This document shows positions 17,690-27,784 of a stretch of DNA of 64,000 nucleotides, in pieces. Source of the stretch: Promethearchaeota archaeon (GTDB taxonomy: Archaea; Asgardarchaeota; Lokiarchaeia; Sigyniarchaeales; SOKP01); contig JABCSY010000008.1 in assembly GCA_018238625.1 (NCBI GenBank), positions 1 through 64,000 on the forward strand. The letters run 5' to 3'. Position 1 is the first letter of the stretch. Every line of letters begins with the position of its first letter. The notes below the pieces were generated by a model that worked only from the letters and a program-made list of their open reading frames with translations, made no database searches and was not told where the DNA came from. The position numbers and the translations under genes are program-made.

Positions 17690-19102
17690 TTAAACTCTTG
17701 ATTGCTTTTCCGCGTGAAGTTCTTGAAGTTTTTCCTTTACTTTCTTTAGCTTTTCACCATCCAAGGGGTATTTATAGACGGCAATTAAACCAAGACACAT
17801 TGCTATTACTGGAAATATAAATATCAATACCCTTAACCCAAAAATAATTTCTTGAGTTATAGTTTCTGGTTCAAAAACAGTCCATCCAGCGCTCGTAAAC
17901 ACAGTACTAATAGCGAGAACGACGAAAACAGTAGATAATCTGAAGAAAAAAGCTTTTACTCCGTAATAACCAGCTTCTCTACGAGTCCCTGTAATCGTTT
18001 CGTCTTCATCGATAATATCGGCCAAAATTAGATCGCCAAGAAATATGGGGCCGGCTAACCCTATTCCTATTAGAAAAAACACAATTAAACCTTGTATTTT
18101 ATCGTTTATAAACATTAAAGGAATAAGTGTTAATATCCAAACGATTACAGATATTAACCAAGTTTTTCGAGGACCCATCTTTTTAACAACGGGTTTCCAC
18201 AGAACATTTATGAAAAACGCTGATGAAATAAACGTTATGGCTAATAATAATCCTAGAAAAATAGTTTCTCCTTCGCCAATATTTAAAGCGTATTTACCGT
18301 ATAGCGGTACTATCGTAGTTTGCATTCCTATTACAAACCAAATAGCTATTTCGGCGGGGATGTAGGTCATAAATGTTTTATTCTTAATACATATCTTTAC
18401 CGATTCAAGTAAGCTAGGTGCGTTTTTATATTCGTGTTGAAATGCAACTCTTTCCTTTGGACTAATTTTTAAAAAAAGTAAGCCAAAAATTACGATTATG
18501 ACCGCATTAATCACTCCAAAAATTTGAAATTCAGGCAAATAAGTTGGATTTGAAAAATCGGGGATGAAGATTGTTGGTAAAACAAAAGATATAAGTAATC
18601 CAATTATGTAAAATGCCATTTTAATAGCGTTAGCTTTCCTTCTTTCAGCATCAGTAATAAATAACTCTGGAAATAAAGCTATTAAATTTACATCGAACAT
18701 TGTAAAGAAAAACTCAAAAATGATAATAATAACGAGAAAATAAGCGAAATTAATAAGCTCGTTAGTGATCCCGAATGATAGCGGTGGATAAAACAACAAT
18801 ATAGATATTATGGCCATAGGAATAATCGAAATCATCATATAAGGGAAACGGCGCCCCCATTTTGTATGAGTTCGATCTGATAGCGCACCTAAAATGGGAT
18901 CATTGATGCTATTCCAAACCGACCAAATAATGAAACCAATTGTTATTAAATGAACATTGATTCCAATTACAGCAAAATAAAACGTGAACGTTAGAAGAGC
19001 AAACGTTTGATACGCCGCTGTATTAACTATTTGACTTGTGCTATAGGCTGCTGCTTTTTTAAATGAATACCGTGTTGTATCATATTTTTCTTTTTCATTC
19101 AT
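17690..19102 (-). CDS. MFS transporter, GPH (MelB-like) family
   Basis: WNSINDPILGALSDRTHTKWGRRFPY; LADIIDEDE..TGTRREAGYYG; about 12 TM. Confidence 0.92.
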   Translation of the reverse strand: MNEKEKYDTTRYSFKKAAAYSTSQIVNTAAYQTFALLTFTFYFAVIGINVHLITIGFIIWSVWNSINDPILGALSDRTHTKWGRRFPYMMISIIPMAIISILLFYPPLSFGITNELINFAYFLVIIIIFEFFFTMFDVNLIALFPELFITDAERRKANAIKMAFYIIGLLISFVLPTIFIPDFSNPTYLPEFQIFGVINAVIIVIFGLLFLKISPKERVAFQHEYKNAPSLLESVKICIKNKTFMTYIPAEIAIWFVIGMQTTIVPLYGKYALNIGEGETIFLGLLLAITFISSAFFINVLWKPVVKKMGPRKTWLISVIVWILTLIPLMFINDKIQGLIVFFLIGIGLAGPIFLGDLILADIIDEDETITGTRREAGYYGVKAFFFRLSTVFVVLAISTVFTSAGWTVFEPETITQEIIFGLRVLIFIFPVIAMCLGLIAVYKYPLDGEKLKKVKEKLQELHAEKQSRV

Positions 19103-19303
19103 AATTTATCGTTTTAAAAAGAATTTTTATTAATTGGAATAATGTGAATCTTATATTTAATCATTTATTTATTGATTTTAAATACGTAAGAAGAATAAGT
19201 GATCTAATACCTACAAATTAATTTTAAAACTTTAGTTCTTCTTCTAAAAAATCGCTTTCAATAAAAGCTGTAATAAAAAATAGAATAAAAAAATGTTTTT
19301 TGT

Positions 19304-19795
19304 TTAATATCTTGTTCTTGAAGCTTGAATTCGTAGCTTTGCTTTTGTTCGTTCTTTATCGTCCTGTAAAATAACATACCGGGTTTTAGAAGGAAGAATT
19401 ATTTCGTATTCTTCTTCAGCGATTGTGGAGTCCTTCTTTAAATGGTCTTTCTCTCTCAATATTACTGTAACCCTTTCTATGGCATCCCTTCCTGCTTTAA
19501 CTGTTTTGAACTGACTCCACACATTCATATCCGCTTTAGACGTAAAGCTTTGATTTCTTTGAAGCTTTATCGTTCCCTTATTTGGGAATCTAGCCTTAAA
19601 GACCTTAGGCCCGTCCACTTTGAAATAGAATTCGCCGCGCCAACCGAGCATATCGTAATCCTTGAGAGTTTTTAGGCTCATTAAGTCAATACTGATGAGG
19701 AAACGCTCTTTCTCTTCTCCGACATTGTCCTGTGTAAAACTTTGGTCTTTAGCATAAGTTTTCTTACCTTTTGCGTAATATCTTCTTGACGTTAT
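19304..19795 (-). CDS. Stand-alone C2-domain-like protein, probable ATA start (ORF track start 19681)
   Basis: Frame open upstream of 19681 to ATA at 19795, preceded by AAGGTG; LKDYDMLGWRGEFYFKV and VILREKDHLKKDSTIAE resemble C2 loops 1 and 3. Confidence 0.55.
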   Translation of the reverse strand: MTSRRYYAKGKKTYAKDQSFTQDNVGEEKERFLISIDLMSLKTLKDYDMLGWRGEFYFKVDGPKVFKARFPNKGTIKLQRNQSFTSKADMNVWSQFKTVKAGRDAIERVTVILREKDHLKKDSTIAEEEYEIILPSKTRYVILQDDKERTKAKLRIQASRTRY

Positions 19796-20069
19796 AAAAC
19801 ACCTTTACAATCAATAGTTAAGTTTTAAAATTTATATAGTGAGAGAATTTATATTTTTATTTATTAAAAAACATAATAATAATGGAATAATAATTTAGCC
19901 TACTTTTTCCCTTTATTCTCAAAATGCAAATTTTCTTTTAATTTCTGAAATTGGGAAGAATGTGGGCGAGTAAAATATATATAGTCTTGATAATTAAAAC
20001 AATATAATTGATTATTTCAATTATAACGCGAAATTCTAATTAAAAATTATAAAAAAAAAACTGATATCG

Positions 20070-20777
20070 ATGGATGATAATAGTTTAACGAAAAAGTTCG
20101 ATGTATCTGTAGGAAAAGATAATTTACCAAGAATCAAACTCTATGTAAAAACTTGGTGGTATAGACTTTTAATCGGTTCTGGAGCGTTTGCTGCCTTATG
20201 GATTTTCATGACATTTATTTGGGTAAAAAATATAAATAATTTTGGTGCTGAGATCGCTGAAATTTGCATATTTTGGACAAATATTTTTTTAGGTACCTTA
20301 ACTTTTAGTACCCTTATCATTGGATGGCTACAGAGAACGGCTTTTGTAGTATTCAAAATTGACGCTCAACAAAATCTCTTAATTTACGAAATGTATTGGT
20401 CAAGCATTCGGGCTAAGCATAAAAAGTTCAAATTAGAAGATATAGACCGTTTTGACGTTTTTAAACGCTTAAGAAGCCGAGGAAAGTATGGAAGCGTTGA
20501 ATGGGAGTGTTTAGGTTTAAATTTTCGTGCAGGAAGTCCAATGTACATAACCAGCCCAAAAGAGGAACCTAATACAATTAAGTACGCCAAAAGACTGAAC
20601 GAATTCTTAGCATCTAATACAAACATTAATAAAGGTCGGTTAAGTGAAGAAATAACGCCAGAATTTAGCGAACGAGCTAAAAAATTAATGAAGGTTTATT
20701 GCATAGCTTTATTAGCAATCATTATTACAGCGATTATCGTAGTAGTCTGGATTATAGTAGGTAACCCTCCAACATAA
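20070..20777 (+). CDS. Uncharacterised membrane protein (2 TM + beta-rich soluble domain + C-terminal TM)
   Basis: Hydropathy pattern; central domain resembles bacterial PH-like domains. Confidence 0.6.
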   Translation: MDDNSLTKKFDVSVGKDNLPRIKLYVKTWWYRLLIGSGAFAALWIFMTFIWVKNINNFGAEIAEICIFWTNIFLGTLTFSTLIIGWLQRTAFVVFKIDAQQNLLIYEMYWSSIRAKHKKFKLEDIDRFDVFKRLRSRGKYGSVEWECLGLNFRAGSPMYITSPKEEPNTIKYAKRLNEFLASNTNINKGRLSEEITPEFSERAKKLMKVYCIALLAIIITAIIVVVWIIVGNPPT

Positions 20778-20952
20778 ACTGAATTAATTGAATCATTAAA
20801 AAAAATTACATTTTTCTTATTTTTATTTTTAGGATTTTCTATCTGTTTTTTGAATGAATACTCGCTTCATACAAATAATTTTTCGATATTTTAATTAATA
20901 AACCATGATATTTTTAGAATTATAACTAATTAAGTTTTTAGATGAGAATTTC

Positions 20953-21600
20953 GTGTCTAATGATAAATTTTATCAAGAAATAACTGAAGCAATCGTAAGT
21001 CTTGACAAAGAAAAAACTATTGAATTGGCTAATAAAGCAATTCAAGAAAAGATGAATCTTCTTGAAGTAATAGAGAAAGGGTTTGGCGCGGGGATCCGTA
21101 AAATAGGGGATTTATGGGACGAAGGAGAGTTTTTCCTTCCAGAACTAATGCTTGGAGGGACTATTATGCAAGAATCTATGCAACTTCTTTTTCCACACAT
21201 AGGAACAGAGAGAGATAGCATCTCAAATGGAAAAGTAGTAATTGCAACAATAGAAGGAGACATTCACTCAATAGGAAAAACGATTGTCGCTACAATGTTG
21301 AGTGCCAATGGTTTTGAAGTTTTTGATCTAGGCGCTGACATTCCAGCTGAAAAAATTATCGAAGTTGCTATTGAAAAGAATGCAGACATCATTGGAGTTT
21401 CTGCTCTATTGACTACAACTATGATCGGTCAAAAAAAGATAATAGAAATACTCGAAACTAAAGGCATCCGAGACAATTTCAAAGTGATACTTGGGGGCGC
21501 TCCAGTTTCTAACGCTTGGGTAGAAGAGTGCAAAGCAGATGGATTTGCTGGTAGCGCCGTAGAGGCTGTTAATTTAGTTAAGAACCTTTTAAAAATTTAA
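20953..21600 (+). CDS. Methyltransferase cognate corrinoid protein (MttC/MtgC-like)
   Basis: FLPELM cap domain, GDIHSIGK B12-binding motif, SALLTTTM, GGAPVS. Confidence 0.95.
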   Translation: MSNDKFYQEITEAIVSLDKEKTIELANKAIQEKMNLLEVIEKGFGAGIRKIGDLWDEGEFFLPELMLGGTIMQESMQLLFPHIGTERDSISNGKVVIATIEGDIHSIGKTIVATMLSANGFEVFDLGADIPAEKIIEVAIEKNADIIGVSALLTTTMIGQKKIIEILETKGIRDNFKVILGGAPVSNAWVEECKADGFAGSAVEAVNLVKNLLKI

Positions 21601-21626
21601 AGATCGCTTATTTGAGGTAAATTGCT

Positions 21627-22517
21627 GTGTTGTTCCACGATTGGTTAAAAAACGATTCGAAAATCATATTATTTGACGGAGGAATGGGATCAGAGATATT
21701 TAAGCGTGGAATCACGCCCGGAAAGCTTCCCGATACCCTCAATATCGATCGACCGGACGTAATTTTTGAGATACATAAATCTTATTACGACGCTGGCGCA
21801 GATATGTGCCAAACAAGTACTTTTGGATCCAGTTTTTTAAATTTGCAAGGCTATAAAATTGAGAGCCAAATTAAAGAGTTAACTGAGAGCGCCTTAAAAA
21901 ATATAAAAAGAGCTTGCCCTCCCAATCGATTAATTGTAGGCGATATTGGCCCGTCTGGTGTATTTAAGCCTCCAGTAGGAAAAGCAACCGTTGACCAATG
22001 GGTTTCCAGCTATGTAAAACAGGTAGGCTTTTTAGAAAAAGGAGTAGATCTCTGGCATATTGAGACTATTTCAGACATTGAAGAAATGGAAGCTGCGATA
22101 AAAGCGATAAGAGAGATTTCAAAAAAACCCATTATAAGCTCAATGACATACAAAAAAACTAAAAAAAAAAAATTTTTCACCATTATGGGCGATTCTTTAG
22201 AAAAGTGCGTGCGAAGACAAGAGGATTTAAATGTTGACGTGATTGGAGCGAATTGTACGTTAGGAAGCGATGAAATGATAGGATTAATAAAGGAATTAAA
22301 AGAGCTTACTAATAAACCCATATCAGCAAAACCTAACGCGGGTCAACCAGGAATCGATCAAAACAATAGAGCCGTTTATGCTCAACCAATAAAGGATTTC
22401 GTAAGTGATATTCACGAAATTATTCAAATAGGTGCTAAAATCGTTGGAGGGTGCTGTGGTACGTCTCCAACTACTATAAAAGAAATAAAAAAACTTATAG
22501 ATTCACTAGAGAATTAA
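21627..22517 (+). CDS. Homocysteine S-methyltransferase domain (stand-alone MetH N-terminal module)
   Basis: FDGGMGS, IHKSYYDAGAD, GDIGPSG, GANC, KPNAGQP, GGCCGT (Zn ligands). Confidence 0.93.
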   Translation: MLFHDWLKNDSKIILFDGGMGSEIFKRGITPGKLPDTLNIDRPDVIFEIHKSYYDAGADMCQTSTFGSSFLNLQGYKIESQIKELTESALKNIKRACPPNRLIVGDIGPSGVFKPPVGKATVDQWVSSYVKQVGFLEKGVDLWHIETISDIEEMEAAIKAIREISKKPIISSMTYKKTKKKKFFTIMGDSLEKCVRRQEDLNVDVIGANCTLGSDEMIGLIKELKELTNKPISAKPNAGQPGIDQNNRAVYAQPIKDFVSDIHEIIQIGAKIVGGCCGTSPTTIKEIKKLIDSLEN

Positions 22518-22541
22518 CTAAATGAGAGTGAGTATGTTAAG

Positions 22542-23978
22542 ATGGGAATATTAAGGCCAAGAATTAACGTTTTAGATGAAGATCATAAAGTAAAGATATT
22601 CAATGAGGCTAAAGATATTTTAGAAAATCTGGGAATATTTTTAGAAAATGATGACGCTAAAGAATTATTTAACAGCGAGGGAGTTAATCACGAGGGTTCT
22701 CGATACTTCATTCCTTCTGATTTAGTCGATAAATGTCTCAAATCTGTTCCAAGTGAGATCAAACTTTTTGATAGAGAGGGTAAAGAGCATATTACTCTAG
22801 CGAATGATAATGTTCATTACGATCCTGGCTCAGCAGCGATATTATTTTTGGACGAGAATACGGGGACAATTAGAAACGCGTTCGAAAAAGATTTCGTACG
22901 CTTTTCAAAGGTAGTAGAGCATTTAAAGTATATTGAAGCTCAAAGTACTGCTATAGTTTATCAAGATGTCCCCACCCAGGCACAAGATTGGCATAGGTTA
23001 TATGTCGCATTATCTAATTGTTATAAACCAGTTATTACAGGGACATTTCGAAAAGAAAGTTTTCCAATTATGAAAGAATTATTGTTAAGTTGTCGATTAT
23101 CAGAGGATGATTTAGCAAGGAAACCTTTAGCTATCTTCGATGCTTGTCCGAGTCCTCCACTAAAGTGGTCTGACTTAACATCTCAATCCCTTATCGATGC
23201 CGCCAAGAGTATGATCCCATCTGAGTTTGTGTCTATGCCGTTAGCAGGGGCTAGCGCTCCAATAAGTTTGATAGGGTGCATAACTCAACACTCTGCAGAA
23301 TGTTTAGCAGGGGTTGTAATTGGACAGCTAGCAAAAAAGGGCGCGCCTTTGATTTGGGGTGGATCGCCCGCAGTATTAGACATGAAGCAAGGTACAACTC
23401 CAATGGGGGCAATTGAAACAATGATGATTAATTTAGGGGATGTTGAAATGGGAAAATTTATGAAAATGCCCACTCATGCTTATATGAGCCTTAGTGACTC
23501 CAAAGTTCCAGACGCTCAAGCAGGATTCGAAGGGGGCATGGGAGCTCTTTTAGCGGGACTTGCTGGCATAAATATGATTTCGGGCCCTGGCATGTTAGAT
23601 TTTGAATCCACGCAAAGCATTGAAAAATTAGTAATTGATAATGAAATAGTAGGAATGGTAAAAAGACTCCTAAGAGGGGTAGAAGATCACGGTACTCCAT
23701 TTGCTTCTGAAATTTTAAAGGACTACAATGATAAAGAGGAATTACTCTCGCATCCAACAACTTTAAAGCTTTTTAGAAAGGAGCTTTTTATAGTTAGTCC
23801 GGTAATAGATCGCATGTCTCGAGACGCTTGGAAAGAGAATGGCGCTAAATCTGCACGAAAAAGAGCTAAAGAGCAAGCTTCGAAATTAATCAATAAAGGT
23901 TCACTCAAACCTATCGATGATAATTTAATCAAAGAATTAGAGATCATCACTTTAAAGAACCTAAAATCCTTAAAATAA
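22542..23978 (+). CDS. MttB-superfamily methyltransferase without pyrrolysine (MtgB-like)
   Basis: SPPLKW, GASAPISLIG, SDSKVPDAQAGFE, GMLDF, LVIDNEI; no in-frame TAG. Confidence 0.9.
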   Translation: MGILRPRINVLDEDHKVKIFNEAKDILENLGIFLENDDAKELFNSEGVNHEGSRYFIPSDLVDKCLKSVPSEIKLFDREGKEHITLANDNVHYDPGSAAILFLDENTGTIRNAFEKDFVRFSKVVEHLKYIEAQSTAIVYQDVPTQAQDWHRLYVALSNCYKPVITGTFRKESFPIMKELLLSCRLSEDDLARKPLAIFDACPSPPLKWSDLTSQSLIDAAKSMIPSEFVSMPLAGASAPISLIGCITQHSAECLAGVVIGQLAKKGAPLIWGGSPAVLDMKQGTTPMGAIETMMINLGDVEMGKFMKMPTHAYMSLSDSKVPDAQAGFEGGMGALLAGLAGINMISGPGMLDFESTQSIEKLVIDNEIVGMVKRLLRGVEDHGTPFASEILKDYNDKEELLSHPTTLKLFRKELFIVSPVIDRMSRDAWKENGAKSARKRAKEQASKLINKGSLKPIDDNLIKELEIITLKNLKSLK

Positions 23979-24012
23979 TATCAATAAAATTTAGGATTTA
24001 TTCATAGCTCAC

Positions 24013-24106
24013 ATATTATATTTTAACTTACACTCCTAATGATAGAATATATATATTTACTAAATACCATATATATTATATTTTAACTTACCTAATGATA
24101 GAATAT
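24013..24106 (+). repeat. Imperfect tandem duplication of an upstream/promoter segment
   Basis: ATATTATATTTTAACTTA(CACT)CCTAATGATAGAATAT at 24013-24050 and again without CACT at 24073-24106. Confidence 0.9.
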
Positions 24107-24782
24107 GCTTGATAATAAATCGGATATATTGATACTGATTCATTTGATTAAAAGCCCTGATAAAAAATTCCATGTTAATGAATTATATGCATCTCTGAAA
24201 TTGAACCGTAAAATGAAACACGAAGAAGAATATGGTAGAAAAGCAATTGCGAGCTTAATAGGGAACAGGATGATTCGCGAGACTCCTACAGAGATACCTC
24301 TGGAAAAAAAATACCAAATTACAGATAAAGGCGTTAAAGCCTTGAAGATTCATTTTCGGGAGTCTGTTTACAAGTTTCTTTTATGGAAAAAGGAAAAAGA
24401 GTTTACAGTAGAGAATCTACAGGGTTTTTATTCATTTGAAGTTGATCAGGAAATGTTAGTAAAGGTTACAAATGATATTGTTAAAGAAAAGGGAATAATT
24501 CGAACCATTCATTCTAACGATGGAGAACTCAAATTTGTAATTACAGAAAAGGGACAAAAAGAAAGAGAGAGGGAAACTCGTAGAACTCTTAGTGGAATAC
24601 GTCGTAAAGCTAAAAAAAAGGAAAGCTCTAAAACTTTTTATGTGGATGAGGTAGGTCTGGGTGGTCAAGTAGTAAGAAGTTATTCTACATCAAAAGGTGA
24701 ACTCAAATGGGTTATAATATGTATTGCTGTCTTTACAGTTGTTGCTATCCTTGCACTCGTACTTATGACAGAGTTTCGGTAA
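24105..24782 (+). CDS. Tandem winged-helix protein with C-terminal TM anchor
   Basis: Two wing motifs KYQITDKG and KFVITEKG; terminal WVIICIAVFTVVAILALVLM. Confidence 0.6.
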   Translation: MLDNKSDILILIHLIKSPDKKFHVNELYASLKLNRKMKHEEEYGRKAIASLIGNRMIRETPTEIPLEKKYQITDKGVKALKIHFRESVYKFLLWKKEKEFTVENLQGFYSFEVDQEMLVKVTNDIVKEKGIIRTIHSNDGELKFVITEKGQKERERETRRTLSGIRRKAKKKESSKTFYVDEVGLGGQVVRSYSTSKGELKWVIICIAVFTVVAILALVLMTEFR

Positions 24783-24941
24783 AGTTTTATGGATGAGTTG
24801 AAGCGCCCATTTTCGGTGTTAGATTATGAATCAATCGATGAAAATCTTTCATAATATATCCCTGGTGGGGACAATCCGTCCTATGTTATTAGGTCGTCAA
24901 TATAATTCCTTAACTCCTCAAATTTCTCAACTTTATCATAC

Positions 24942-25637
24942 CTAAATTATATCTAAAATTCGAGATATCTCTCTGGCGTAAATTATCGCACCTTTGCTAT
25001 TGAGGTGTCCGCCGTCTATAGTCAACATCAACTGTCTTTTCCTACTTATTTTTTCTACCCAGTTCACTCTTTTTGATCTAAAATAATCTAAAGGTAAGTT
25101 TAAAGGATGATCCATTAGATTATAACCAGATATGCTTTTTCTTAATATCTTATCAAAAAATGGACTTACATCTGCTACATATGCTCCATGTTTAGAACCA
25201 ACTTCCTTAATTTGATCGTTAACTAATCTTCTTTTTTGGTTTATCGAAGAATTTAAGTCTTCTCCTAAGCAACTTAAGGTAGTTATTATTATCTTTGCTT
25301 TGCTATGCAAACTTATCGTTCTTAATCCTTTATCATACAAGTCTTTTATCTTGTTTAATGGAGTTACTTTTCTAATGCTTGTGAAATTCCACTTTTTTTT
25401 GACATAAGGTAAGAAAAGATCGTTGTGCCCAGCTTCAATTACTATTATATCGTAATTTTCAGTATGTGTTTTCAAAATTTTTAAAAGTCTCGTAAAAATT
25501 CCAGATATGGTATCTCCACCGCGTCCATGATTTTTACACCGAAATTCAGGGAAATAATGTTGAATTATATCTACATATCCGATTCCTATTTTACCCTCAG
25601 TAATGCTATCGCCAATAAAAAGTATTTTTTTGGTCAT
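24942..25637 (-). CDS. SGNH/GDSL lipase-esterase
   Basis: FIGDSIT, GRGGDT, EAGHND, DGGHLN. Confidence 0.93.
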   Translation of the reverse strand: MTKKILFIGDSITEGKIGIGYVDIIQHYFPEFRCKNHGRGGDTISGIFTRLLKILKTHTENYDIIVIEAGHNDLFLPYVKKKWNFTSIRKVTPLNKIKDLYDKGLRTISLHSKAKIIITTLSCLGEDLNSSINQKRRLVNDQIKEVGSKHGAYVADVSPFFDKILRKSISGYNLMDHPLNLPLDYFRSKRVNWVEKISRKRQLMLTIDGGHLNSKGAIIYAREISRILDII

Positions 25638-25643
25638 CTCAAT

Positions 25644-26588
25644 TCATAATATATTTTTTTCGTAATTAATTACGAGCACAGCAACTAACACAATAACTCC
25701 ACCAACCATATTCCATAGTAGGATAGTTTCAGTTCTGTTTAAAAGCATTGAAAATAGTAGAGTTAAAAACGGTTCTAAATACAAGAAAGAAGCTCCTTTC
25801 GAAGATTTAAGCTCCTTTTGTGATTTCTGCCAGATGAAATACCCGATAATATAACAGCCAATACCCAAATATATTCCTGATAGGAAAACATAAATATTAA
25901 AAAAATTATGGATAAAAATGAGCAATTCCTTATTTAATATTACGATAATGAACAACTCTATAGTCCCAAAATAAGCGATGTATTTTAAGGTTTTGAAATT
26001 TGGTTTATTTCTTATAATTCTTTTTGTTATTATTGAATAAAACGCCCATGTTATTGGCGTCATAAGAGCGTATAAATAGCCTAAGAAGTTAGGCGTTGTT
26101 GGAGTAAGCGTTCGTAAATCTCCTCCCGTAACTAATAAAAAACCACCTACGGTTGCAATAGCAAAACCCAGGATTTTAACCTTAGTCAACCTTTCTTTAA
26201 AAAAGATTAAAGCTAAAAATGTTATTACTACTGGGGATAAAAGGCACACAAAAAAAGCGGGTAAAGAGGGTCCAATTAATTCTATTGCAGAATATTGAGC
26301 GCCAAAGAAAAGTAAAATACCACAAAAGCTTGCGATAATTAAATATATCCATTCCTTTCTTGTGTATCGAAGATTTTCTTTTTTCTTATTCTTGCGGTAT
26401 TTATCAACCTGTCTTTTTCGATTAATAAGAAAATATAGATCAGCAATAATAAATACCAGTGATACTATTAGAAATCGGGTTAACGCAATAGACATAGGTG
26501 GAATAAATTGCAGTGCAATATCCACTAGAACAAATGAGAAACTCCAGATAATAATCATTACGATTAATAACGCGTAAATTATTAACAT
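25644..26588 (-). CDS. DMT/EamA-family transporter
   Basis: 10 TM with two EamA repeats (IWSFSFV..RF; FLYLEPFLT). Confidence 0.9.
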   Translation of the reverse strand: MLIIYALLIVMIIIWSFSFVLVDIALQFIPPMSIALTRFLIVSLVFIIADLYFLINRKRQVDKYRKNKKKENLRYTRKEWIYLIIASFCGILLFFGAQYSAIELIGPSLPAFFVCLLSPVVITFLALIFFKERLTKVKILGFAIATVGGFLLVTGGDLRTLTPTTPNFLGYLYALMTPITWAFYSIITKRIIRNKPNFKTLKYIAYFGTIELFIIVILNKELLIFIHNFFNIYVFLSGIYLGIGCYIIGYFIWQKSQKELKSSKGASFLYLEPFLTLLFSMLLNRTETILLWNMVGGVIVLVAVLVINYEKNIL

Positions 26589-26668
26589 TTTGAAAAGATT
26601 ATTTAATCAATATTTTATATTTGCATTATTTTATTATATTATTAAATTAAGAAGCATAATTATTTTTT

Positions 26669-27268
26669 TTGGCAAGCAAAGTTTTGAAAGAATTTAGTTA
26701 TTCCATCAATTTGGCTCTTGTTGGAGCAGAAGATTCTAAAAAAAGGATCTTTTTAGATTATTTAAAGGAGATTTCCTTAAAATTTTCTTCGGAAGACTTA
26801 ATTTGGAAGTTTTTCTTTCTATTTGAGGATATTCCTATAAATCTAAAAGTCATTCTTGCAGATAGTTTTGAGGATTTAATTAGTAAGAAAATTCCCTTTA
26901 AGAGATTTGACGCAATAATAATTGCAGCAAATATTTACAATGATAAATCGATTAATATTATTAATATTGAAAATTATACGACATTTTCTCAACGCTTTAT
27001 GTTCGATGGCATATCTGTTTTAGCAGGAATTGATCCTTTTTTAATCTTAAAAAATAAACCTCTAATTGAAAGGAGAATAAATGAATTTAGTTTAATCCAT
27101 AAAACAAGAGAACTCGAACTTTTATATTGTTTTAAAATTCAAAACCTACAAAGAGATGTTAAAGATGTATTCGATAAAATTTTAAACGATATACATTTCA
27201 AATTAGAATTTTTAAACCCAGAGTTATTTGAACGAGCAAAGGCTTACGGAAGAATTCTTTCTAAGTAG
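26669..27268 (+). CDS. Degenerate Ras/Rab-like small GTPase (pseudo-GTPase)
   Basis: INLALVGAEDSKKR (decayed G1), FDAIIIAANIYNDKSI, SVLAGID (decayed G4), VKDVFDKIL. Confidence 0.6.
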   Translation: MASKVLKEFSYSINLALVGAEDSKKRIFLDYLKEISLKFSSEDLIWKFFFLFEDIPINLKVILADSFEDLISKKIPFKRFDAIIIAANIYNDKSINIINIENYTTFSQRFMFDGISVLAGIDPFLILKNKPLIERRINEFSLIHKTRELELLYCFKIQNLQRDVKDVFDKILNDIHFKLEFLNPELFERAKAYGRILSK

Positions 27269-27428
27269 ATTGAATTGTGTAAGATAGGTAACTAAATCAA
27301 CGACCAAACTAAGTAAATAATATAAGGATACATTTTAGATATGAAAAACAAGTTAACTTATTATTCTTGAATTTATTAAGAAACTTAGCACCAAAATAAA
27401 AATGTTTATTTTTTAGAGTTGAAATTAA

Positions 27429-27617
27429 ATGGGAGAAGATAACTTACTGACAATTGAAAAAACTGAAGGCAGACGAATATGTCCATCCTGCAGTGAAGAA
27501 CATAAAAATTTGATTCACGAGTCGACTGACAAAACAAATATTATAAACGATTATCCCAGAGTATACGGTAAGAAATATCGTTGTGGAAGATGTGGTCAAG
27601 AGTGGCGTGAAAAATGA
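27429..27617 (+). CDS. Small zinc-ribbon protein
   Basis: EGRRICPSC...YGKKYRCGRCGQEW; same domain at the C-terminus of ORF 59949. Confidence 0.85.
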   Translation: MGEDNLLTIEKTEGRRICPSCSEEHKNLIHESTDKTNIINDYPRVYGKKYRCGRCGQEWREK

Positions 27618-27784
27618 ACCTAATTCTGTAAAACTTTTTATTATTCCTTTTTTTGAGAACTTTGCTTTTAAAATAAATAGTTAAATAGCAAAAAATCTAA
27701 TATAAATATCAAACAAAAAAATTAATCTTGTCTAATTATAAACTAACAGAAATGGGACAATATTTGATTTTTTTAGCATAATAT

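Noticed and set aside
22542-23978. Pyrrolysine-containing trimethylamine methyltransferase
   Set aside because: The ORF is uninterrupted with no in-frame TAG; it is a non-Pyl member.
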